NCBI GenBank assembly: GCA_045863395.1
Contig: BTVJ01000007.1
Location: 118,668-182,667, forward strand
Length of the DNA stretch: 64,000 nt
Direction of reading: 5' to 3'
Source of the DNA: Myxococcales bacterium
Lineage (GTDB): Bacteria; Myxococcota_A; UBA9042; JABWCM01; BTVJ01
Both the position numbers and the translations under genes were made by a program. The notes under the pieces are model-generated. The model ran no database searches. It was not told where the DNA came from and saw only the letters and a program-made list of their open reading frames with translations. Below, piece after piece: positions 38,001 through 45,735 of the stretch; position 1 is the stretch's first letter, and each line of letters opens with the position of its first letter.

Positions 38001-40073
38001 GGGTCGCCTCCCGTGTGCAACGACAACAACGTCTGCACTGCGGACGGCTGCAACCCGGCGTCCGGCTGCACGTTCACCCCGACGTCGGGGTCCTGCAACG
38101 ACGGCAACCCCTGTACCACGGGGGACTCCTGCTCTGGAGGGACCTGCGTCGGGGGCGGGCCGACCGTGTGCAACGACAACAACCCGTGCACGAACGACTC
38201 CTGCAACCCTGCGAGCGGCTGCGTCTTCACGAACAACACGGCGAGCTGCAACGACGGCAACGCCTGCACCACGAACGACACCTGCGCAGGCGGTCAGTGC
38301 GTGGGCGGCCCGGCGCCCAACTGCAATGACGGCAACGTCTGCACGGTGGACTCCTGCAACGCGGCGACCGGCTGCACCAACACGCCCACCTCGGGGAGCT
38401 GTAACGACGGCAACGCCTGCACCACGGGAGACTTCTGCTCCAGTGGGGTGTGCGTTGGCGCAGGGACGCTCGTGTGCAACGACAGCAACGTCTGCACGGC
38501 GGACTCCTGCAACCCGGCGTCGGGCTGCGTGTTTGCGCCCACGTCGGGGAGCTGCAGCGACGGCAACGCCTGCACCACCAACGACTCGTGCTCCGGCGGG
38601 CAGTGTGTGGGAGGGCCGGCGCCGGTGTGCAACGACGGCAACCCGTGCACCAACGACTCCTGCAATCCGGCGAGCGGCTGTGTGTTCACCAACAACACCA
38701 ACGCCTGCAGCGATGGGAACGCGTGCACGACCAACGACACGTGCTCGGGCGGCCAGTGCGTGGGAGGCGTTGCGCCGAACTGCAACGACGGCAACGTGTG
38801 CACCAACGACTCCTGCAATCCTGCGAGCGGCTGCGTCTACACGAACAACACGGTGGCCTGCAACGACGGGAACGCGTGCACCACCGGCGACGTGTGCGCG
38901 GCCGGGACCTGCAAGCCGGGCGCGGCCGTCGTCTGCAACGACAACAACGTGTGCACCAACGACACGTGCAACCCGGCGAGCGGGTGCGCCTACACGAACA
39001 ACACCGCCCCCTGCAACGACGGCAACGCCTGCACGACGACGGACACGTGCTCGGGGGGGCAGTGCATCGGGAGCGGTGCGCTGACCTGCAACGACGGCAA
39101 CGTGTGTACCAACGACTCGTGCAACCCGGCGAGCGGGTGCGTGTTCACGAACAACACGGCGGCGTGCAGCGACGGCAATGCGTGTACGCTCAACGACGTG
39201 TGCTCCGGAGGGTCGTGTCAGCCGGGCGCCCCGAAGGTGTGCAACGACAACAACCCGTGCACCAACGACTCGTGCAACACATCCAACGGCAACTGCGTGT
39301 TCACGAACAACTCCAACCCCTGCAACGACGGGAAGCCCTGCACCAGCAACGACACCTGCTCCAACGGGACCTGCGTGGGCACGTTCTCGTGCACCGGCTC
39401 CTGCTGTACCGCGAACCCCACCATCGGGTGCCAGAACCAGGCGGTCAGCGACTGCGTGTGCGCCATGGACCCGTTCTGCTGCAACAACGTGTGGGACAGC
39501 ATCTGCGCCGGGGAGGCCGACCAGTGCGGGTCCTGCACGGGGCCCTGCTGCACCGCGAACGGGACTCCTGGCTGTGACGTGGAGACCGTCGAGGAGTGCG
39601 TCTGCAACACGGTGGGCGATACCTTCTGCTGCAACGTGGCCTGGGACAGCATCTGCGCCAGCGAGGCCGCCAACCAGTGCGCGGCCTGCGGGCCCGTATG
39701 CGGCGACGGTTCGTGCAGCGGCAACGAGACCTGCGAGACCTGCCCCGGCGACTGCGGCACGTGCGGCGGCGCGGGGTGCCAGGCTGGCGGCGCGACGTGC
39801 AGCAACTGCCCCTGCCAGACGTGCGTCTGCGGAATGGATCCGTTCTGCTGCAACACGGCCTGGGACTCCCTCTGCGTCAGCGAGTGCGACGTCCAGTGCA
39901 ACGCCAACTGCACGAACTCTGGCGGGCGCGGCTGCACGACGGGCGCGGCGGGCTGCGCCGGGTGCCCCTGCCAGGCCTGCGTGTGCGCCATGGACTCCTA
40001 CTGCTGCCAGACCGCGTGGGACTCCATCTGCGTGGGTGAGTGCACGAACCAGTGTGGGTTCAACTGCCCGTAG
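32094..40073 (+). CDS. Giant (2659 aa) cysteine-rich repeat lipoprotein, Dictyostelium CTDC-type repeats
   Basis: GGAGG RBS; lipobox LTAC; about 80 alternating CxDGNACT / CxDGNPCTxDxC subunits; distinct C-terminal Cys/Trp domain. Confidence 0.9.
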   Translation: MRDLRAFIVLAMILTACGESVVSSGGDGGSTDVDTPPLGTDVDVAPPDGVVVPDTGSEPQCSVDGDCSALAKPCSTVKCDAGKCTWIPQDDGAACDDGDPCTQGDKCSAGACAGIDTCGCAGDADCADQEDGDLCNGTLVCKDKKCVVDAATVIACDTSADEACAKAACDPATGSCAIMAVPEGSACDDGDGCTVGETCKSGVCSGASLSCDDGSPCTDDACEGGTCTNTPNTAACDDGNPCTVGDACKDGLCQPGEGSCPCETEADCAAQEDEDLCNGTLTCADGQCVPLPGSAVVCDTSADGACATTACVPSTGECETTAAEDGTPCDDGTACSGADACLEGACLGSPISCDDGNPCTQEGCDPVSGCTHEAIPGSCDDGDACTTGDTCVGGTCAGSGAGQCDDGNPCTTDGCDPAGGCVNVPNAVPCDDGSACTTGDACSDGACVGGAPLACDDGNPCTSDTCSAATGCVHDPITAPCNDGNPCTSGDQCEGGVCKGVGGLDCDDGNPCTDDGCTAESGCTHTPNAAPCDDGNACTTGDVCTGGECAPGPSTCSCQTDGDCKPFDDGNACNGVLFCDQSSFPFTCKVSPSSVVTCSTAGDTTCQKNTCDPVSGQCSPKPLNDGKPCDDGNACTAADLCGSGVCKGSVPTSCDDKNPCTDDSCVPATGCVHKSNASPCDDGSLCTTNDLCQQGLCVGGPPPGCNDGNPCTDDGCNPKSGCFNTPNVAPCSDGNSCTTGDACKGGLCAGGTGVACSDANPCTDDACDPKSGCVHTPNGAGCDDGNACTTDDVCANGTCKGLKAVLCNDGNPCTDDACNPALGCVFQNNAAPCNDGSVCTTDDTCAGGSCVGGAPLSCGDGNPCTDDTCDPKTGCKNTPSGKPCDDGNACTSGDACGGGSCKPGSPVGCNDGNPCTDDGCDPQTGCVHTMNTAACDDGDACTTGDVCGGGVCKGTGGTQCNDGNPCTDDSCKEGVGCVYVANQAPCDDGNACTTGDACAAQKCVGGPATQCGDGNPCTDDSCDPATGCVNLANEKPCDDNNACTVGDQCGAKQCKPGVPLPCDDGNPCTTDGCLPATGCTAVPNTAPCSDGNPCTQNDVCAGGLCQSGTQICACEEDADCAAQDDGDPCTGTLVCNVGVLPHTCVVDPATVPVCDPSDDTPCLVSKCQPASGSCAPVPVNAGGPCDDGSACTAGDKCSSGLCVGGATINCNDGNPCTDDSCDPLAGCLSTPSSQPCNDGNPCTTGDTCSAGTCKGTGALPCDDGNPCTTDACDPATGCTFTNNTVLCDDGNACTSGDVCGAGVCKGATAVTCNDGNPCTDDTCDPATGCKATNNTVPCNDGNACTTADTCKDGVCTGGAPPACGDGNPCTDDGCDPATGCVHTNNTAPCNDGNACSTGDTCAGGSCVATGTLPCNDANPCTNDSCIPASGCSFVNNTNPCNDGNACTTSDACDGGQCKGTGSLSCADSNPCTDDFCDPATGCVVKPNTNPCNDGNACTQNDACSGGVCLGGSAVVCNDGNPCTTESCVPASGCVYTNNTSPCDDGNACTPSDKCTNGVCVGSGTLGCNDGNPCTTDSCDPATGCTYTNNTSPCDDGNACTSGDVCGGGVCKPGTGLQCNDGNPCTDDGCSPGSGCTFTPNTAPCNDGNACTSGDVCAAGQCKAGTAVTCNDSNPCTSDSCNPASGCVYTNNTAACSDGNACTTNDTCAGGQCVGGAAPNCNDGNVCTADACNPATGCTHTPTAGPCNDGNACTQNDTCTGGVCTGGAAVNCDDANPCTNDSCNPATGCTYTNASGACSDGNACTTGDACTGGLCKPTGTLTCNDNNVCTSDSCNPASGCVFTNVSGPCDDGNACSTGDSCQAGQCKGTGGLNCDDGNPCTADSCNAQGGCVHTNITGGCNDGNACTTNDICQNGVCTGGPALSCNDGNVCTNDSCNPASGCVYTNNTASCNDGNACTTGDTCSGGQCVGGSPPVCNDNNVCTADGCNPASGCTFTPTSGSCNDGNPCTTGDSCSGGTCVGGGPTVCNDNNPCTNDSCNPASGCVFTNNTASCNDGNACTTNDTCAGGQCVGGPAPNCNDGNVCTVDSCNAATGCTNTPTSGSCNDGNACTTGDFCSSGVCVGAGTLVCNDSNVCTADSCNPASGCVFAPTSGSCSDGNACTTNDSCSGGQCVGGPAPVCNDGNPCTNDSCNPASGCVFTNNTNACSDGNACTTNDTCSGGQCVGGVAPNCNDGNVCTNDSCNPASGCVYTNNTVACNDGNACTTGDVCAAGTCKPGAAVVCNDNNVCTNDTCNPASGCAYTNNTAPCNDGNACTTTDTCSGGQCIGSGALTCNDGNVCTNDSCNPASGCVFTNNTAACSDGNACTLNDVCSGGSCQPGAPKVCNDNNPCTNDSCNTSNGNCVFTNNSNPCNDGKPCTSNDTCSNGTCVGTFSCTGSCCTANPTIGCQNQAVSDCVCAMDPFCCNNVWDSICAGEADQCGSCTGPCCTANGTPGCDVETVEECVCNTVGDTFCCNVAWDSICASEAANQCAACGPVCGDGSCSGNETCETCPGDCGTCGGAGCQAGGATCSNCPCQTCVCGMDPFCCNTAWDSLCVSECDVQCNANCTNSGGRGCTTGAAGCAGCPCQACVCAMDSYCCQTAWDSICVGECTNQCGFNCP

Positions 40074-40105
40074 GGTCCTCGCCGGGGGCGGGCGACGCCC
40101 CGCCT

Positions 40106-40134
40106 TTGCGCCCGTCGTCCGTCCCTCCTATACT
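40106..40134 (+). promoter_or_regulatory. Putative sigma-70 promoter for the 40182 gene
   Basis: TTGCGC (40106-40111), 17-bp spacer, TATACT (40129-40134). Confidence 0.6.
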
Positions 40135-40181
40135 CCGCCGTCGGGCAGCGCCGCCCCTTGCTCTGGCTGGAGGACATCGCC

Positions 40182-40835
40182 GTGAGGATCGCCCCCTGTT
40201 TGTTGGTAGCCGTCGCCATGGCGGCTTGCTCGAAGACACCTCAGGCCCCCGCCCAGGGGAGCGCCAAGAGCTCCGTGAGCGCTACCGCGGGGCTGGAGCC
40301 CATCCCCGGCGTGACGACGCTCGACTCGGCGCCGGTCGCAGCGCCTGCCGCTGCGTCACCCTCTGCGCACGCCAACGTGCCGCCGGCTGCGCTGACGCCG
40401 ACCGGCGACTGGGGCCAGGTGCTCAGCGAGAAGATCGAGGGTGGCACTCTGGAGACGACGGTCCAGTCTCCGTGGGGGCCCGTCACGATCACCGGGCCCT
40501 CAGAGGGTGCCGGTGGGGCTGTGACCCGCTACTGGCAAGCGTGGGCGAAGATCGACTTCGGGGCGATCTACCCGATGACCACCGGGGTCATGCGCGAGCG
40601 CCTGGCTGAAATGGACACGGAGGCCGGGCGTGCGGACTATCGGTCGACCATCTCGGATCGCTACAAAGACAACGCGCCCATCTGGTTCAAGGTGGAGGGG
40701 GTCTCGGAGCAGGGAGACCGCGCCACGGCCCTGGTCCGCAACGAGACCAAGACCGGTGAGATCCAGACCCGGGAGTGCACCTTGGTGAAGACGCCCGGGG
40801 GCTGGCGCTTCGAGCAGATCCGCGCGCAGCGCTGA
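40182..40835 (+). CDS. Hypothetical lipoprotein, C-terminal NTF2-like (DUF4878-like) domain
   Basis: GGAGG RBS, GTG start, MAAC lipobox; GDRATALV..LVKTPGGWRF. Confidence 0.65.
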   Translation: MRIAPCLLVAVAMAACSKTPQAPAQGSAKSSVSATAGLEPIPGVTTLDSAPVAAPAAASPSAHANVPPAALTPTGDWGQVLSEKIEGGTLETTVQSPWGPVTITGPSEGAGGAVTRYWQAWAKIDFGAIYPMTTGVMRERLAEMDTEAGRADYRSTISDRYKDNAPIWFKVEGVSEQGDRATALVRNETKTGEIQTRECTLVKTPGGWRFEQIRAQR

Positions 40836-40853
40836 GAGGCGGCCGGGGCCTCG

Positions 40854-41180
40854 TCAGCTCCGGTCCCCTCCGTTGCCACCGTCTCCCTGACCCTCTTCTC
40901 GTCCCAGCGCCGCGTCCAGGTCCGCCAGGGCGTCCTCGTCGCTTCGCTCCACGGTGTCGCCTTCACGGATCTTCCGAGCCGCCTCGTCCCCGTCCTTCGC
41001 CTGGACGGTGCCGAGGATCTGCACGAACCCGGCGCGCGGCTTGCGCTTCTCTTGCGGCTTCGCCTCCACGTCGCCGCTCTCGCAGTTGGCGCACTCGACG
41101 GCGCCGACCTCGTCGGGGTCACGGCGCCAGATCTCGAAGTCGGCGCCGCAGGCGTTGCAGTGATAGGGAAGGATCGGCAT
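40854..41180 (-). CDS. FmdB-family zinc-ribbon protein
   Basis: MPILPYHCNACGADFE...ECANCES. Confidence 0.85.
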   Translation of the reverse strand: MPILPYHCNACGADFEIWRRDPDEVGAVECANCESGDVEAKPQEKRKPRAGFVQILGTVQAKDGDEAARKIREGDTVERSDEDALADLDAALGREEGQGDGGNGGDRS

Positions 41181-41193
41181 CGTCAGCTCCTGG

Positions 41194-41775
41194 TCAGGGC
41201 TTCTCCCACAAGAACTCTTCGGCGCCCATGCGGTGGGTGACCCAACGCGAGAGCACGAACAGCGCGTCACTCAGCCGGTTGATGTACGGGATCACGGGCT
41301 CTCCGAGGGGCTCCTCACGCGAGAGCGCCACGATGTCGCGCTCGGCGCGGCGGCAGACCGTCCGGGCCAGGTGGAGGCGCGCCGCGACCTCGTTGCCGCC
41401 GGGCAGCACGAAGCTGTCGAGGGGCGCGAGCTCGTCGTTCCAGGCGTCCATGCGGCGCTCGAGCTCGGTGACGTCGTCCATGTCCACGAGGGGCTGGCCG
41501 GGCCACCGATCCTCCATGCGCGTCGCCAGGTCGCTGCCCAGGTCGAACAGCTCGTTCTGCACGCGGCGCAGGAACGCCTCGATGTCCGCGCGCGCCGCCG
41601 GGTCGGCGTCCGAGGCCCGCATCGCCACCCGCACCAAGCCAAGGCACGCGTTCAGCTCGTCCACCGTCCCGTAGGAGGCGATGCGCAGGCTGTCCTTCGG
41701 CACCTTCTGGCCGCCGACGAGGCGCGTGCTGCCTTTGTCGCCGGTCTTCGTATAGATCTTCGACAACCTGACCAT
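41194..41775 (-). CDS. pduO: Cob(I)alamin adenosyltransferase, PduO type
   Basis: KIYTKTGDKGST, YGTVDELN, QNELFDLG, FVLPGG, RTVCRRAER, YINRLSDALF. Confidence 0.93.
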   Translation of the reverse strand: MVRLSKIYTKTGDKGSTRLVGGQKVPKDSLRIASYGTVDELNACLGLVRVAMRASDADPAARADIEAFLRRVQNELFDLGSDLATRMEDRWPGQPLVDMDDVTELERRMDAWNDELAPLDSFVLPGGNEVAARLHLARTVCRRAERDIVALSREEPLGEPVIPYINRLSDALFVLSRWVTHRMGAEEFLWEKP

Positions 41776-41982
41776 GGGTCATCTCGCCGTGTGCACGGGT
41801 GGGGAGCTCCAAGCCGACGGCCGCGTCTCCGTGCGGCTGCTTCTAGCGCACCTCGTGCCCGTCCGTCCATCGCGGCGTGTCGCGCAGCGTGCCGTTACGC
41901 TGGCTCCCGGGCCGCACACGAAGATCTCGTGGCGTGGCGCGGCGGGGCTGGTAGACTGCCGCTGACCTCGGAGGCCCCGCCC

Positions 41983-44091
41983 ATGACATCCCCGCTGCGC
42001 GCCCACCTCTGTGCCGCCCTCGTGCTCCTGGCCGCTTGCGATGGCCCGTCTGGCTTCGGCGGACTGGCCGATGACTCCGCGGCCTCTGCGGCCCACGCCG
42101 CCCCAGATGGCGGCGGCCTGAACTCTGCCGCGGACGCCAATGCGACCGGGGGAGCCGCCTACGACGCTTCGCCGGGTGGGGCCCCATCGGTGGACGCCGC
42201 GCTCGGGGACGCTTCCTCGCCCGGCGTTCGCTGGAGCGACCCCTGGGCGGGGGACCCGGGTGGTGTTTCGGCCTTCTACACCTATGATCCCGCGGACCTG
42301 TTCGCGCTGCCGTTCCCCCACGACGCGCGGCGGCTCCCGGGGGGCGGGCTCGACCTGCGCGGCTTCCCCAACCCCAAGAAGGTCGAGGTGCTCCAGGGGT
42401 ACATCGACTACGCCTCCCGGGACCTGGGGGGGTTCTCGGCCAACGGAGCCATCTACGTTCGCTTCGAGGGCCCCATCGAGCTCACGCGCCTGCCGGAACC
42501 AGAGCAGAGCACTGCCGCAGAGTCCCTCGTGTGGCTCGTGGACGTGGGCAACGACCCGGCCACACGCGGCCGCCGCGTCCCCATCGAGTGGCGCTGGCAC
42601 GGCGACGAGCTGTCGGTCTACGAGCCCGACAACCTGCTCGCCGTGCGCCCCGTCTACGGGTTCCCGCTCGCCGAGGGTGGGACCTACGCCCTCGTGGTGA
42701 TGCGTGACCTGCGGGACGCCGCTGGGGCCCTGCTCGGCGTGCCTGCCCCGGTGCGGGAGGCCCTGACCGGAGAGCCGGACGGAGCGCTCGGTGCGGCGCT
42801 CGAGCCCCTACGGGCCTTCTGCGACGAGGGGGGCCTCAATCCCTATGGCGTGGCGGTCGCGACCGTGTTCACCGTGGACCGGTTCAGCGACGAGCTCGTG
42901 GCCGCGCGGGCCGTGGCGCAGACCATCCCGGCCCCCGTCGCCAAGGGAGTGAAGCAGACGGGGGCCAAGGGCGGCTACGCCCTCTACGAGGGCACCTACG
43001 TGGGCCCGAACTTCCAGCATGGGGAGAAGCCCTACGAGACCGACGGCGGCGGCTTCCTGGTCGATGCGGAGGGGCGGCCCTTGATCCACCACATGGAGAC
43101 CATCCGCTTCGCCTTGTCGGTCCCAGACGGGCCGGCTCCTGAGGAGGGGTGGCCCGTCGTGCTCTTCGGGCACGGCACCGGCGGCAACTTCAAGAACTTC
43201 CTCGGGGGTGCCCACGCGCCAGCGACGGTCCTCGCGGCGGAGGGCATCGCGGTGCTCGGCATCGACCAGCCCCTGCACGGCACCCGCTGGGACGGCAACA
43301 AGAGCCAGCTCGACTTCCTCTCGTTCAACTTCCTGAACCTGGACGCCGGCCGCTCCAACTTCCGCCAGTCAGCGGCGGACTTCTTCACCCTGGTCCGGCT
43401 GGTGCGCGAGTCGGTGGTCGTGCCCGGCAAGGCGGCTCAGGGGGGTGTGCCCGTCCAGTTCGATCCAGAGCGTGTGTACTACTTCGGGCACTCCCACGGG
43501 GGCCTCGCCGGCGCGCTCCTCGGAGCGGTCGAGCCCAACCTGCGGGGCGCGGTCCTGAGCGGCGCCGGCGGCGGGCTCGCCATGACCATCATGCTGCGCA
43601 AGGACCCCTACGACTTCCTCTCGCTGGTGGGCACGATGCTCGGCGCGACTCCCCAGGAGCTGACCACCTTCCACCCGGTGATCACCCTGGTGCAGACCCT
43701 GGTCGACGTGACCGACCCCATCAACTACGCCCCGTACCACGTCGGTGGGGAGCTGCGCGGCGGGACCCCCCTCGACCTCCTCGTGACGCAGGGCCAGGAC
43801 GACGTGGCCACGCCTTCCATCACCACCGAGGCCATGGCAGCCGCGGCGGGGCTGCCGGTGCTGGCACCGCCGGTCCACATGGGCCTCGGCCTGGCGCTGG
43901 CCAAGGTGCCCCTGGTCGACCTCCCGGTGCCGAGCCTGCTCCACGCCGCCAACGGTGCCTCGGCAGCCGGCCTCCTCGCCCAGTTCCCGGGCTACGGCCA
44001 CCACGTGGCCTTCCAGAACCCTGCGGCGGCCGCCCTGTGGGCGAGCATGCTGAGCTCCTCGGCCTACGGCCCAGAGACCGTGATCAGATAG
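41983..44091 (+). CDS. Alpha/beta-hydrolase lipoprotein (Pla-1/VolA-like lipase architecture)
   Basis: Lipobox LAAC; PFPHD, GFSANG, WPVVLFGHG, IDQPLHG, RSNFRQS, YFGHSHGG. Confidence 0.75.
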   Translation: MTSPLRAHLCAALVLLAACDGPSGFGGLADDSAASAAHAAPDGGGLNSAADANATGGAAYDASPGGAPSVDAALGDASSPGVRWSDPWAGDPGGVSAFYTYDPADLFALPFPHDARRLPGGGLDLRGFPNPKKVEVLQGYIDYASRDLGGFSANGAIYVRFEGPIELTRLPEPEQSTAAESLVWLVDVGNDPATRGRRVPIEWRWHGDELSVYEPDNLLAVRPVYGFPLAEGGTYALVVMRDLRDAAGALLGVPAPVREALTGEPDGALGAALEPLRAFCDEGGLNPYGVAVATVFTVDRFSDELVAARAVAQTIPAPVAKGVKQTGAKGGYALYEGTYVGPNFQHGEKPYETDGGGFLVDAEGRPLIHHMETIRFALSVPDGPAPEEGWPVVLFGHGTGGNFKNFLGGAHAPATVLAAEGIAVLGIDQPLHGTRWDGNKSQLDFLSFNFLNLDAGRSNFRQSAADFFTLVRLVRESVVVPGKAAQGGVPVQFDPERVYYFGHSHGGLAGALLGAVEPNLRGAVLSGAGGGLAMTIMLRKDPYDFLSLVGTMLGATPQELTTFHPVITLVQTLVDVTDPINYAPYHVGGELRGGTPLDLLVTQGQDDVATPSITTEAMAAAAGLPVLAPPVHMGLGLALAKVPLVDLPVPSLLHAANGASAAGLLAQFPGYGHHVAFQNPAAAALWASMLSSSAYGPETVIR

Positions 44092-44160
44092 GGGGTCAAG
44101 TATACTCATATCTCATATCGCGGCGCCGCCGCGATAGGAGATATGAGTATACTTGACCCC
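44092..44160. repeat. 69-bp near-perfect palindrome (REP/MITE-like) with GGGGTC...GACCCC ends
   Basis: 23-bp perfect arms GGGGTCAAGTATACTCATATCTC / GAGATATGAGTATACTTGACCCC, one A-G mismatch, 10-bp inner arms TATCGCGGCG / CGCCGCGATA. Confidence 0.9.
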
Positions 44161-44783
44161 ACCACTGCGCGGAGCTCATCGAGGCGCCCCACGAAGAAGT
44201 GGCCCGCGCCCTCGACGACGCGCAGCTCTGCACCCCACCGGCTCACCAGGGGGCGCACGTCCTCCAGGGGCCCGTACTCGTCGGCGTCGCCCTGGACCAC
44301 CAACGTCGGCACCGGGCAGACGGGGAGCGACGCGAGATCCAGGTAGCGGGGCGCGATCCCCACCGCAACGACCGCCGCCGGGGGGCGCGGGTCCGTCCAT
44401 GTGCTGGCCACGGCCAGGGCGACCCGCGAGCCGAAGGAGAAGCCCCCGATGATCGGCGCCTCGTCCCCGGTGCGCTCGATGAGCCACCGCAGGGCCGCGC
44501 GCAGGTCGTCCTGCTCGCCGCGCCCCTCGTCGTAGGTGCCCTCGCTGCGCCCCACGCCCCGGAAGTTGAAGCGCAGCGTCGCTCGCCCGCTCTCGGCGAG
44601 GGCCAGGGCGCCATGGAAGCACACGTTGTTGTTCATGGTGCCACCGAACAGCGGGTGCGGGTGACACATGACCGCGGCCCCCCGCGCTCCCTCCGGTATC
44701 GTCAGCAGCCCCTCGATGCGACCGGCGGGCCCGGTGAACTCGACGGTCTCCACGGTTCGCTTCACGCGGCCCGATTGGCTCAC
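44106..44783 (-). CDS. Alpha/beta hydrolase (COG2945-like)
   Basis: CHPHPLFGGTMNN, LRFNFRGVGRSEG, GFSFGS, QGDADE, GAGHFF; stop codon lies inside the palindrome. Confidence 0.88.
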   Translation of the reverse strand: MSQSGRVKRTVETVEFTGPAGRIEGLLTIPEGARGAAVMCHPHPLFGGTMNNNVCFHGALALAESGRATLRFNFRGVGRSEGTYDEGRGEQDDLRAALRWLIERTGDEAPIIGGFSFGSRVALAVASTWTDPRPPAAVVAVGIAPRYLDLASLPVCPVPTLVVQGDADEYGPLEDVRPLVSRWGAELRVVEGAGHFFVGRLDELRAVVGSSILISPIAAAPRYEI

Positions 44784-45643
44784 GGCGACTCCTCCAGGTG
44801 GCGACGGAGCAGCGCGGTCAGTGGGCCTGGCGCGTCGTGGTGGACGTTGTGGCCCGCGCCCTCCACGACCTCGACGACGGGGCGGTCCAGCGTGGCGACG
44901 CGCTCGTCCAGGTCCGGCAGGCGGAAGGGGCTCTTCCCGCCGCCGACCACGAGCACGGGGCCGGGGATGCGCGCCCAGAACGCGCGCCACTCCGAGAGAT
45001 AGAAGGGCTTGGCCGACGGCGCGCGGTGCAGCGGGTCGAAGGCCCAGGCCAGGCCTCCCGCCGGGTGAGGGCGCGTGCCGTACTCCGCCAGGACCAGCGC
45101 GACGTCCTCACCCAGCGACGGGTTCGCCGAACGCAGGCGCCCGGCCGCGTCCTCCACCGAGGGCATGGGGCGGGACGCCCGGTCCGCCAGCTTCCGGGTG
45201 CCGAACACCCAGCGCCGGATGCGCATGGGGGCGTCGTCGGGCGAGCAGTCCGGCAGGCCGAGCCCCTCCACGAGCGCGACCCGCCCGACGCGCTCCGGGA
45301 AGGACCCAGCGAAGCCCGCGGCGACGTTGGCGCCCATGGAGTGGCCCACCAGGTGCGCGCGCTCCACGCCCGCGGCCTCGAGCAGCGCGTAGAGGTCCAT
45401 GAAGTAGTCATAGAAATGGTATGACCCGCCGGGCCCCGCCCAGCCGCTGTGGCCAAAGCCCCGCTGGTCCGGGCACAGGACCCGGAAGTCTCGCGCCAGG
45501 TCTCGCGCGACGGGGTCCCAGGAGCGCCCGTGGTCCTGAAAGCCGTGCAGCAGGACGACGACCGGGCGGTCCGGCTCGCCCCAGGCGGCGCAGGCCAGCT
45601 CCAGCCCGAGGGACGCGAAGTTCAGCTCTTGCGGGGTCTCCAT
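44780..45643 (-). CDS. Alpha/beta fold hydrolase
   Basis: LLHGFQDH, PDQRGFGHS, VGHSMGA, GAGHNVHHD. Confidence 0.9.
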   Translation of the reverse strand: METPQELNFASLGLELACAAWGEPDRPVVVLLHGFQDHGRSWDPVARDLARDFRVLCPDQRGFGHSGWAGPGGSYHFYDYFMDLYALLEAAGVERAHLVGHSMGANVAAGFAGSFPERVGRVALVEGLGLPDCSPDDAPMRIRRWVFGTRKLADRASRPMPSVEDAAGRLRSANPSLGEDVALVLAEYGTRPHPAGGLAWAFDPLHRAPSAKPFYLSEWRAFWARIPGPVLVVGGGKSPFRLPDLDERVATLDRPVVEVVEGAGHNVHHDAPGPLTALLRRHLEESP

Positions 45644-45735
45644 GGCAGGCCACGGTACGAGCCCCCAGGGGGCGCGTCAACCCGGTGGACCCTCCGGATG
45701 CATCCGGCTACACTGCGCCGACCCAGGAGGTGCCC

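Noticed and set aside
29170..39389. Periodic DNA repeats resembling a CRISPR array or DGR template
   Set aside because: Repeats are in-frame protein repeats with synonymous divergence; no constant repeat plus unique spacer pattern, and no cas or reverse transcriptase gene
40084..40107. Intrinsic terminator after the giant gene (GGGGCG...CGCCCC)
   Set aside because: Short stem and only three T residues, which overlap the next promoter's -35
41776..41982. Cobalamin riboswitch upstream of pduO
   Set aside because: No recognisable B12-box motifs on the minus strand
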